Shown piece after piece: positions 28,668-36,776 of a stretch of 64,000 nt of DNA. The position numbers were made by a program, and so were the translations under genes. Within the stretch, counting starts at the first letter, position 1. Each line of letters opens with the position of its first letter. The DNA lies in assembly GCA_964474085.1 (NCBI GenBank), contig CAYYRJ010000001.1, forward strand, positions 27,631 through 91,630, in the 5' to 3' direction. Source of the stretch: an uncultured Planctomycetales bacterium (GTDB lineage: Bacteria; Omnitrophota; Gorgyraeia; Zapsychrales; JANLHA01). The notes beneath the pieces are model-generated. The model was not told where the DNA came from and did no database searches. It was given only the letters and a program-made list of their open reading frames with translations.

Positions 28668-29413
28668 AAGGTGTTCTTTTAGCTGGTGGGAGCGCTGTAC
28701 GCCTTCGGCCATTAACGAAGGTGACCAACAAACATCTGCTGCCGGTTTACAAAAAACCGATGATTTATTATCCGTTGGAAACTTTGCTTAAGGCGGGGAT
28801 TAAAGACATTTTAATCGTCACCGGCGGAGAGCATGTGGGCGATTTTTTTCAGCTGCTTGGCTCAGGCAAGGAATGGGGAGCGCATTTTAGTTATGAAATT
28901 CAAGAAGGAAATACCGGCACCGCGGCGGCTTTGCTTTTGGCCGAGGACTTTGTTGGCGATCAAGCTTTTATGGCTATTTTAGGTGATAATGTGGTTTGCG
29001 AAGATGTCGCTCTCTTTGTCGCGGACTTTAAGCGGCAAGAGCAAAAGTTTAAGGCCAAAATTTTGATCGCTAAGGTCAAGGACCCCCAGAAGTATGGTGT
29101 TATTGAATTTGACGGAAAACAGATCAAGAATATCGTCGAAAAACCGCAGCATCCGGTTTCCCAATACGTGAATACTGGTCTGTGGATGTTTTTGCCTGAG
29201 GTGTTTTCGCTTTTAAAAAATCTCAAAAAAAGTCCGCGCGGCGAATATGAAGTGACCGATGTTCTTTCGCATTATGCCCGAGAAAAAGTTTTGTCCTATG
29301 CGATTCTCAGGGGCCCATGGACGGATGCGGGCAGTTTTGAATCGCTCTACAATGCTACGGTTTTGATGAAAAAGCTTGAAGATAAACTATCAAAAAAATA
29401 TGAAGTCCGTTAA
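28664..29413 (+). CDS. sugar-1-phosphate nucleotidyltransferase (short RfbA/RmlA-like thymidylyltransferase)
   Basis: GVLLAGGSAVRLRPLTKVTNKHLLPV signature. ATG 28664 overlapping the rfbB stop (ATGA). Confidence 0.75.
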   Translation: MKGVLLAGGSAVRLRPLTKVTNKHLLPVYKKPMIYYPLETLLKAGIKDILIVTGGEHVGDFFQLLGSGKEWGAHFSYEIQEGNTGTAAALLLAEDFVGDQAFMAILGDNVVCEDVALFVADFKRQEQKFKAKILIAKVKDPQKYGVIEFDGKQIKNIVEKPQHPVSQYVNTGLWMFLPEVFSLLKNLKKSPRGEYEVTDVLSHYAREKVLSYAILRGPWTDAGSFESLYNATVLMKKLEDKLSKKYEVR

Positions 29414-30251
29414 AATTCTTGTCACTGGCGCCAATGGTTTTGTCGGTCAGGCGCTTTGTCGACGGTTAATGGCTCTTAAATACGAAGTTTATGGTTTGGA
29501 TCGCAATCAACCCTTCATGGCTGGTTTTGCAGATTTTTATTGTCAAGACATCACAAAACCTTTTGATCTTAAAGAAAACTTTCATTTTGTTTTTCACTGT
29601 GCGGCCCATAATGTTACGCATGTGGGAAGTCAGGATGCGGATCTGTACCATCGGGTCAATGTTGTGGGGACCGAAAATATTTTAAAGGCCGTCAAGACGG
29701 ATCATTTTGTTTTCTTGTCGACGGCAAAGGTCTATCTTGCCCAAGGAAAACCTCTCGATGAAGACTGTCCGGTTTTGCCTTTGCAGAAATACGAAAAAAG
29801 TAAGCTTGCCGCCGAACAGATTTGTTTTCAGCGCTTAGACGAACGCAGTTTAATTATTTTTCGCTGTGTCAATATTGTCGGTTTGGGTCAACCTGATAAA
29901 GCGGTTATTCCGGTTCTTTTCAAAAACGCTTATGTCGGTGAACCGCTTGATATTTTTGCCCCGCGCGGATCAGTTTTGCAATTTTTATTTGTTGAAGACG
30001 CGGTTGATGCGTTTGTGAAGGTGATTGAAAAAGGACATTTGTCGGGTGTTTATAATCTTGCTAGTCAAGAGCATATTCGGTTAGACCAATTGGCAGAAAT
30101 GATTAAGGCCATGTGCCGATCTAACAGTGAAATTCATTTTGCCGATGAAAGCGTCCCGGAGTTTTCGCAAGTGCTTTGTGCTAAGGCCCAAAACGCTTTA
30201 GGCTGGAAAGCCAAGACTTCGGTCAGAGAAATTTTAGAAAGTTATGGATAA
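29400..30251 (+). CDS. NAD(P)-dependent epimerase/reductase (dTDP-4-dehydro-6-deoxyhexose reductase-like)
   Basis: ILVTGANGFVGQAL Rossmann motif, YEKSK catalytic motif. ATG 29400 inside the track ORF 29376. Confidence 0.65.
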   Translation: MKSVKILVTGANGFVGQALCRRLMALKYEVYGLDRNQPFMAGFADFYCQDITKPFDLKENFHFVFHCAAHNVTHVGSQDADLYHRVNVVGTENILKAVKTDHFVFLSTAKVYLAQGKPLDEDCPVLPLQKYEKSKLAAEQICFQRLDERSLIIFRCVNIVGLGQPDKAVIPVLFKNAYVGEPLDIFAPRGSVLQFLFVEDAVDAFVKVIEKGHLSGVYNLASQEHIRLDQLAEMIKAMCRSNSEIHFADESVPEFSQVLCAKAQNALGWKAKTSVREILESYG

Positions 30252-30315
30252 CTGCCAAGGTGTTTTATCTGAGAATTATCGGTTATTAGGGTTTTTTGTA
30301 GCTTTAAAAGTAAAT

Positions 30316-30344
30316 TTGCATATCCCAGCCTTAAATGGTAAATA
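30316..30344 (+). promoter_or_regulatory. candidate sigma70-type promoter (TTGCAT-N17-TAAATA) for the J-like/Hsp70/kinase module
   Basis: Hexamers with 17-bp spacing in the 140-bp AT-rich gap upstream of the ATG at 30392. Confidence 0.3.
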
Positions 30345-30391
30345 TATAGATATACTTTAATGGGTTTATAGCCGTAGGGGAGACGTAAGAG

Positions 30392-32575
30392 ATGAATCTA
30401 TATCAAAATAATGCGTTTAGAGTTTTAGGGCTTTTGACCAATGCGACGACGGCCGAAATTGTCGCGCGTGCCAACGAAATCAAGGTCAAAAAGTCGGTAA
30501 ATTTTGACGGCGGCTACCAGTATGACTTTCCGTGGTTAGGCGTTCTTGATCGCAGTGAGGAAAATATTGCCAGCGCCCTTCAGCGGCTCGAAGACCCTGT
30601 CCGGCGGATTAAGCAGGAACTTTCCTGGTTTTGGCTGCAGTCAGACGCTGACCGTCAGGCCCTTAAAGCATTGTCAGAGCAGCAGTTAAAAAACGCTTTT
30701 GCCATTTGGCTTAAAGAGAGCGGTTTGACTGAAAGCAATCTCTGCGAAAAAGAAATTTCGCCGGCAACGACCCCGGAGGCTTTAGTTGCTTTGCATAATC
30801 TTTTTGTCCTTTTTCAATCGACTCTTTTACGCAATGAAATTAATGCCGGCCAAGGTGAGGCTTTTGTCCTTTTGGGGAATGATACGAATTCCCAGGAGAA
30901 TTGGGCTATTGCTTTAAGAGTTTTTAATTTTTTGCATACCAATGAAAAGTTTTGGGAATTGGTCAAGAAGCGCATCGACGCTATGCAGGACCGGCGCGTA
31001 CAAAATATTTCGATGGAAGAGATTAAAGAAAGCGCGCTTAATAATGCTCTTTCAGGTCATTTTTTTCTCATGACTAAAGCGTTGGGCAACAAAGATTTAC
31101 CGATGTTAGATAAGCATATCGAAATCCTTGAAAACGCCAATATGCCGGTTGACCTTTATAAGTCAGGTTTAAATTTGGTTCTCAACACGCGCATTGAGAG
31201 CATCAATGCGCTTTGTGATGAATTTGTCCGCGAAAGAAAAGTCGCTGAAGACAAAGGCGACGGGTCGCTTTATAAAAGCCTTTTCTACAAATATCGGGAT
31301 AGCGCTAAACCGTTGATTGACGACTGTAATATCGTTGACCGCAAGGGGATGACGGATTTTGGCGTTTCGCGCGAAAAATTTGCCAAGTCGTTTCAGCAAT
31401 TGTCTTGGAAGCTTAATAAAAGCGGGGATGCTCTGGGTGCATTGGAAAGCATGAATGAAGCGTACAAGAATTTATACTCGGACGCTTTAAAAATGGAATG
31501 CGAAAAAGACGCAGAACGCATCATTAAAGATGCTATTGAGCAATACAGTGACGATGCCACCAAGTTGATTGCCCCGGCAAACGGCAAAGCCCCGCTTGAT
31601 CAGGTTTTAAATATCAAAGAGCAATATCTTAATCAGGTCAAATCGGTGTTTTCTACCGGCGAAGTTTTTATGACCGATAAACTCGAAGGGTTGCTTCGCG
31701 AGCTTGTCGCCAAGGAGCTTCAGCTGATTTCTGTCGAGGTGCATGACAAATATCAAGCGTACGAGCATGCAGACGAAATTATTAAAGAAGCGATGGATTG
31801 GGCAGACCAGGCTAACAATGACGCGTTTAAAAAAGAGCTGGAAGCCGTCAAAAGAGATTGGTTGGAAGGGATTGAAACACGAACCACAAAGCCTCGTATT
31901 ATTATCGAGGAGTCACGACAAAAACCGGTATTTGCATGGGCTGTGGGGATGGCCCTTATTGTCGCGGCGATCTTTTCGGTCGTTGTTGCGATACAGGTAT
32001 CATCCAAAACGCCGCTTCCACCGTCGACAGTGACCGCTAAAACATCAGCCTCGCAAGAGGAGCCGATGAAGTCTTCATCGCAAAAGATTGTTTTACCCTC
32101 AAGTCCGTCGACGAGTGCGCCATCAATGGCGATAAAGGCCGCTGCTGCTGTTATTGCCGTCGCCCCGGCTGTTTTGCCGTCGCAGGCACAAGCTCAAAGC
32201 GCTCGTGAAAATCCTTTGCCTGTCGTTGTTGAAATGCCTCTGTCTGTGCAAGACGAAACTCTGATTGCCGAGGCTGCAGAGGTCAAATCCCAAATTTCCG
32301 CCCACAAGGATAAGATCAAAAGCATGGAGACTGAGCTTGAGATGCTTAGGCGGGAAAATGAGGTCCGTCAGGCCTCGATTGACCGGCTCGACAATAAGAT
32401 CGGTACCAACCCTGACAGCGTTGAATATAATTTTTGGGTCAATGAGCATAATGAGCTAGTCCGTGAACAAAATCAGGCTATCGAAGTCTCAAAAGAAAAG
32501 TATCGACAATACCAAGAAGAGTTCAAACGTCAGCAAGAGATGATCATGTCCTATAACGAACGTTTTGCACGATAA
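30392..32575 (+). CDS. membrane-anchored J-like domain protein with a long coiled-coil region and one TM helix
   Basis: N-terminus NAFRVLGLL...AEIVARANEI...ALQRLEDPVRRIKQEL aligns to J-domain helices II and IV, but there is no HPD tripeptide. TM helix VFAWAVGMALIVAAIFSVVVAIQV near residue 515. Pro/Ser/Ala-rich linker and a C-terminal heptad coiled coil. Good RBS. Confidence 0.6.
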   Translation: MNLYQNNAFRVLGLLTNATTAEIVARANEIKVKKSVNFDGGYQYDFPWLGVLDRSEENIASALQRLEDPVRRIKQELSWFWLQSDADRQALKALSEQQLKNAFAIWLKESGLTESNLCEKEISPATTPEALVALHNLFVLFQSTLLRNEINAGQGEAFVLLGNDTNSQENWAIALRVFNFLHTNEKFWELVKKRIDAMQDRRVQNISMEEIKESALNNALSGHFFLMTKALGNKDLPMLDKHIEILENANMPVDLYKSGLNLVLNTRIESINALCDEFVRERKVAEDKGDGSLYKSLFYKYRDSAKPLIDDCNIVDRKGMTDFGVSREKFAKSFQQLSWKLNKSGDALGALESMNEAYKNLYSDALKMECEKDAERIIKDAIEQYSDDATKLIAPANGKAPLDQVLNIKEQYLNQVKSVFSTGEVFMTDKLEGLLRELVAKELQLISVEVHDKYQAYEHADEIIKEAMDWADQANNDAFKKELEAVKRDWLEGIETRTTKPRIIIEESRQKPVFAWAVGMALIVAAIFSVVVAIQVSSKTPLPPSTVTAKTSASQEEPMKSSSQKIVLPSSPSTSAPSMAIKAAAAVIAVAPAVLPSQAQAQSARENPLPVVVEMPLSVQDETLIAEAAEVKSQISAHKDKIKSMETELEMLRRENEVRQASIDRLDNKIGTNPDSVEYNFWVNEHNELVREQNQAIEVSKEKYRQYQEEFKRQQEMIMSYNERFAR

Positions 32576-32606
32576 CATCGATTCGGATAATTCAAGTAGC
32601 TAATCT

Positions 32607-32987
32607 ATGGGTGAAAACGATTCTGAGTATCAGGATTTTGTTGTCGAGATCGCCATTGAATTTTGGCGTTTAGAAAAACGCTTTGGCAAGGCAGGCTCTT
32701 TTTTATCTGCAGAAGAACGACAGCTGTTTGCGGACCAAATGCAAAGAATGCGCCGTGTTCTTGAAAAATACGAGATAGAAATTCGCGATCCCAAAGGCGA
32801 AATCTATATGGATGGCCGCAGCCTAAAAGCGATTTATATCGAAGAAGTTTCCGATTTCCCCGCCGGTGAGTGCCGCATTATTGAAACTGTTAAACCTTGT
32901 GTTTGCTATAAAGGCTGTGTTATTTTTTCAGGTGAAGTTATTGTAGGTCAAGGCAAGACTCCTAAGCCTAACAAGGTCAGCCCATGA
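32607..32987 (+). CDS. small protein, possibly a GrpE-like nucleotide-exchange-factor remnant (helical N-terminus plus beta C-terminus)
   Basis: 126 aa. C-terminal ...CYKGCVIFSGEVIVGQ resembles the GrpE C-terminal beta segment (KGY..RV.RPA.V.V). Its stop overlaps the Hsp70 start (ATGA). Confidence 0.35.
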   Translation: MGENDSEYQDFVVEIAIEFWRLEKRFGKAGSFLSAEERQLFADQMQRMRRVLEKYEIEIRDPKGEIYMDGRSLKAIYIEEVSDFPAGECRIIETVKPCVCYKGCVIFSGEVIVGQGKTPKPNKVSP

Positions 32988-35488
32988 GCCGGCGAACCGT
33001 CGATTTTGGCATTGATTTAGGAACGACAAATTCGGCGATTGCTCTTATGGAGCATGGGCAGGCGAAGGTCTTAAAAAACTTTAAACAAAGTGAAATTACC
33101 CCCTCTGTTGTCCGTATTGATGAAAACGGCAGTGTGATCGTCGGGCAAAGTGCGTATAACCGTCTTTACACGGATCGTGAAAATACATTCTCTGCATTCA
33201 AGTTGCTGATGGGCACGCGCCAGACGAAGAATTTTGTCCGTTCTGGACGTATTTTAAAACCTGAAGAATTGTCCGCTGAAGTCCTCAAAGACCTTAAAGC
33301 GACGGTGCGTTTGCGTCTGCCCGATGAACCGGATATGACGGCGGCGGTGATTACGGTTCCTTGTTATTTTGAAATGACCCAATCCCAGGCGACGAGTGTG
33401 GCGGCAAAACTTGCCGGTATTGAGTTTGCGCCGCTTTTGCAGGAACCGATTGCAGCGTCGATAGCGTACGGCTTTATGGAAAAAATGCCCAAAGGCTATT
33501 GGATTGTTTATGACTTAGGTGGCGGGACTTTTGATGTGGCGCTTTTGTCGGCGAAGGATGGGCATTTGGTTGTCGTTGATCATGATGGTGACAATTATCT
33601 AGGCGGCGGCGATTTTGATTGGCGTATCGTCGAGGAAATTATTTATCCGGTCTTGCGTGAAACGTATCACTTGCCGGGTTTAGGCCGTAATTTAGAGTAT
33701 GGGTTACTTAACGCTGTTCTTAAATACGCTGCCGAAGAGGCAAAAATCAATCTTTCACAAAGTGAAAAGACCGAAATTATTGTCGAGGAAATGGAAAGCC
33801 TCAAAGACCATGACGGCAAAAGGGTGGCTCTTCGCATTGCGTTTAATCGTCAGCAGTTAAATGCAGTTATTGGAGAAGATGTTGAAAAAAGCATACGGTT
33901 GTTTCGTAACCTTTTAAAAAATCAAAAACTTGCCGCCGCAGACGTTGGGCATTTGATTCTTGTTGGAGGGCCGACACAAATTCCTTATATTCGCGAGCGT
34001 TTAAAGGATGAATTTCAGATCCCGATTAATTATTCGGTCGACCCGATGACGGTCGTCGCCAAAGGGGCGGCGATTTACGCTTCCTGCCAACTTCTTGCCC
34101 CGGGCAAGATTCCCACAGATAACAAAGCTCTCAGTGTTCAATTAAACTATGAGCCGATGACAACAGCGCTGCAGGTTAGTGTCGCCGGAAAAATTGTGAG
34201 CGCCAAAGATGCGTCATTGCCTTCGGGGATGAAACTGCAGATTAGAAGTGCTGCCGGCGACTGGCAAAGCGGGATGATAGAAATCCGTGACGGTGTTTTT
34301 TTTGCGTCGTTGTTATTGCAGCCGAATGGTGTTAATACATTTATCCTCGCTTTGTTTGATCAGAGCGCAAATCAGGTGCCTGTCGATGGGGATTCTTTTT
34401 CTATTACACAGGGCATGTCGGTGGGTGCTCCGCCTTTGGCGCGTTCGATTGGTGTTGAATTGCACGACGGGACTTTTGACAGATTGTTGGCCAAAGGCGT
34501 TTCTTTGCCGGTCAAAGCTTCTTATACATATCATGCGGCCAAGGACATTCATCCCGGGCAGGAACAAGAGGCTATTGAAATTCCTGTGCGCGAGGGAGAA
34601 AGTGACCGCTTTGATTTGAATCGGCATTTGGGGACTTTGGTTATTCGCGGGACAGATATAGGGCGCAAAATTCCTGTTAACGCCGACGTGGAAGTCACGA
34701 TCTTTGTCGATCAGTCGCGCAGCGTTTCGGCCGAGGCGTTTATCCCTGTGTTGGACCAGAAATTTTCAATGAAAATCCCGAATATGACCTCGCCCTTGCC
34801 TGAGAGCAAGGATTTTCCGTTGATCCTTGAGCGTCAAGAAAAGCGTTGGAAAGAAATTCAACAGAAGGCCGGGAGTTTAAAAATTTCATTGGCGCAAGCG
34901 GCTGTTTTGGTCAATGGCTATTTTACAGAAATCAATCGTGAAATTAAAGCCGTCAGCGGCTTAGACCCGATTGTCATTGAAAAAGTCGACCGGCGCCTTA
35001 AAGAATTGCAAGAGCATCTTGATGCTGCCGGCAAAATTGTGTTTTGGCCGGCGTTATTGCAGGAATATAAACAGCGTTTTGCCGATGCGATGGATACCGT
35101 CGAGAATTTTGCTGGAAATGTCCAGTACCTGGAGCGTTTGAATTTGTTGAAAAAAGATGCAGATAAAGCAGTTGCTTTAAGTGACAGCAAGCGTTTGAAT
35201 AAGGCCTTGGAAGACATCAATGATTTAAAGTGGGAAATTTTATTTCGACAAAAAGATTTTTGGATTGGAGCTTTTCAGGAGTTGCGGCAAAAAGAGCCCG
35301 AAAAATTTATAAATCCCAAGCGTGCCCATGATTTGCTTGAGGAGGGAGGGCGCGCGCTTTTGCGTCAGGATACCGAGTCGGTGCAAAGCATCACCATTGA
35401 ATTATGGAAACTGATTTCCTCAGATGAGCAAGCGCATATTACGCAGGCGGTCAATACGCGCTCTGGCATCAAAAGAAAAAAATCTTAA
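32984..35488 (+). CDS. atypical Hsp70 family chaperone (DnaK/HscC-like) with an inserted segment and an extended C-terminal helical region
   Basis: NBD motifs GIDLGTTNS, VITVPCYF, DLGGGTFD and ILVGGPTQIP. An SBD-beta-like block (IGVEL.DG.F..L...G..LP......Y...D.....AIEIPV.EGE....LGTLVI.G...G...V.ADVEVTIFVDQSRSVSAEAF). An extra segment of about 100 aa between the NBD and the SBD. About 230 aa of helical C-terminus. Confidence 0.85.
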   Translation: MSRRTVDFGIDLGTTNSAIALMEHGQAKVLKNFKQSEITPSVVRIDENGSVIVGQSAYNRLYTDRENTFSAFKLLMGTRQTKNFVRSGRILKPEELSAEVLKDLKATVRLRLPDEPDMTAAVITVPCYFEMTQSQATSVAAKLAGIEFAPLLQEPIAASIAYGFMEKMPKGYWIVYDLGGGTFDVALLSAKDGHLVVVDHDGDNYLGGGDFDWRIVEEIIYPVLRETYHLPGLGRNLEYGLLNAVLKYAAEEAKINLSQSEKTEIIVEEMESLKDHDGKRVALRIAFNRQQLNAVIGEDVEKSIRLFRNLLKNQKLAAADVGHLILVGGPTQIPYIRERLKDEFQIPINYSVDPMTVVAKGAAIYASCQLLAPGKIPTDNKALSVQLNYEPMTTALQVSVAGKIVSAKDASLPSGMKLQIRSAAGDWQSGMIEIRDGVFFASLLLQPNGVNTFILALFDQSANQVPVDGDSFSITQGMSVGAPPLARSIGVELHDGTFDRLLAKGVSLPVKASYTYHAAKDIHPGQEQEAIEIPVREGESDRFDLNRHLGTLVIRGTDIGRKIPVNADVEVTIFVDQSRSVSAEAFIPVLDQKFSMKIPNMTSPLPESKDFPLILERQEKRWKEIQQKAGSLKISLAQAAVLVNGYFTEINREIKAVSGLDPIVIEKVDRRLKELQEHLDAAGKIVFWPALLQEYKQRFADAMDTVENFAGNVQYLERLNLLKKDADKAVALSDSKRLNKALEDINDLKWEILFRQKDFWIGAFQELRQKEPEKFINPKRAHDLLEEGGRALLRQDTESVQSITIELWKLISSDEQAHITQAVNTRSGIKRKKS

Positions 35489-35498
35489 GGTCTCATAC

Positions 35499-36386
35499 AT
35501 GTCCCGCAATTTTGAAGTTTTGCCGCAATATACCGTGATCCGCGATACCTATACCGTCGAGAACGTTTTGGGTGAAGGGGCTTTTGGTGTTGTCTATAAA
35601 GTCCGCCATAAGTTTCTTGGCATTCAGGCGCTTAAAGTTTTTCATCCCGAAAAATTGTCTGAAAAAATAGCTAGCGATTTTCTCAATGAAGCGGTCATCC
35701 TTTCTAAGATCACGCATCCGAATGTTGTGCGCGTTTTTGAAGCGAACCATTTTGATCTTCAGGGAAAAGGTGTCGCCTACGTGGCGATGGAATATGTCGC
35801 CGGCGGAACGCTTGATGCGTATATCCGTAAAAATGTCCGGCTTGAAATTAATTTGGCACTGCAAATTCAGATGATGATTTGCCGCGGTTTGGCGCACGTT
35901 CATGCTTTTAGCCCGCCTATCATTCATCGGGATGTCAAGCCACAAAATATCATGCTTGATTTGTCGTCGAAGAATTTTGTCGTTAAAGTCTCTGATTTTG
36001 GGCAGGCCCAACACGCGGACCCTTTGACAAAATTGGCCCAGTCGGCCGGGACGCTTGCCTATATGGCCCCGGAGGGTTTTTGGAATTATAAATCGCCCGC
36101 CAGTGATGTGTATTCGGCGGGAATGATTTTATACATTATGTTGACCGGAGTTGCCCCGTTTAAGATTCCGCAGAATCTTGGGGACAAGGACAGGCAAGAA
36201 GTCGAGCGGGCCATACGCAAAGCCCGCAGCACTGATCCTGAGTCTCCGTCGGTGTTCAATCCAAGGATCGATCCGAAGTTAAGTGCGATTGTCCTTAAGT
36301 CGCTCTCTTACGACGCTGCCAAGCGCTATCAGGATGCGGCAGAGTTTTTGTCGGCTTTGGAAAATTATGTTTCGCCGGATAAGTAA
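35499..36386 (+). CDS. Hanks-type serine/threonine protein kinase (cytoplasmic, kinase domain only)
   Basis: GEGAFGVVYK glycine loop, AL-K lysine, HRDVKPQNIML catalytic loop, DFG (SDFGQA), APE motif. ATG 35499. Confidence 0.85.
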   Translation: MSRNFEVLPQYTVIRDTYTVENVLGEGAFGVVYKVRHKFLGIQALKVFHPEKLSEKIASDFLNEAVILSKITHPNVVRVFEANHFDLQGKGVAYVAMEYVAGGTLDAYIRKNVRLEINLALQIQMMICRGLAHVHAFSPPIIHRDVKPQNIMLDLSSKNFVVKVSDFGQAQHADPLTKLAQSAGTLAYMAPEGFWNYKSPASDVYSAGMILYIMLTGVAPFKIPQNLGDKDRQEVERAIRKARSTDPESPSVFNPRIDPKLSAIVLKSLSYDAAKRYQDAAEFLSALENYVSPDK

Positions 36387-36409
36387 TCTATTTAGAAAGG
36401 AATTTTTAC

Positions 36410-36754
36410 GTGAACAAAATCATATGTTTGGTTGTTAAAACCGGCCCTTTAAAAGGCCATAAATATTTTGTGAAAGCGGATTGTCCTGTTCTAATCGGGC
36501 GTGGCGAAGAAGCCAATATCCGAATCGATTATGACAAGTTTTGTTCGCGCAGCCATGCGGTGGTTTACTGGGAAAATGATGCCTGTTGCATCAAGGATTT
36601 AAACAGTACCAACGGGACGCATGTCAACAAAGTGCGGATTTTGGGAAATGTGCGTTTGGAAAATAAAAACATCTTGAGCTTTGGCTCAACAGAGGTTGTG
36701 GTTTTTATTTTAGACCACATGAAGGACGCAAAATCATTGATGGACCTTGATTAG
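36410..36754 (+). CDS. FHA domain-containing protein
   Basis: 114 aa. LIGRGEEANIRI....SRSHAV......C.I.DLNSTNGTHVN matches the FHA core (G-R...S-xx-H...NGT). GTG start with AGAAAGGAA RBS. Confidence 0.8.
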   Translation: MNKIICLVVKTGPLKGHKYFVKADCPVLIGRGEEANIRIDYDKFCSRSHAVVYWENDACCIKDLNSTNGTHVNKVRILGNVRLENKNILSFGSTEVVVFILDHMKDAKSLMDLD

Positions 36755-36776
36755 TATAGATGAAGTCTGCGTTGAT

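Noticed and set aside
35493-36014. 173-aa minus-strand ORF opposite the Ser/Thr kinase
   Set aside because: It is antisense to a CDS that carries every Hanks-kinase motif, and has no independent support.
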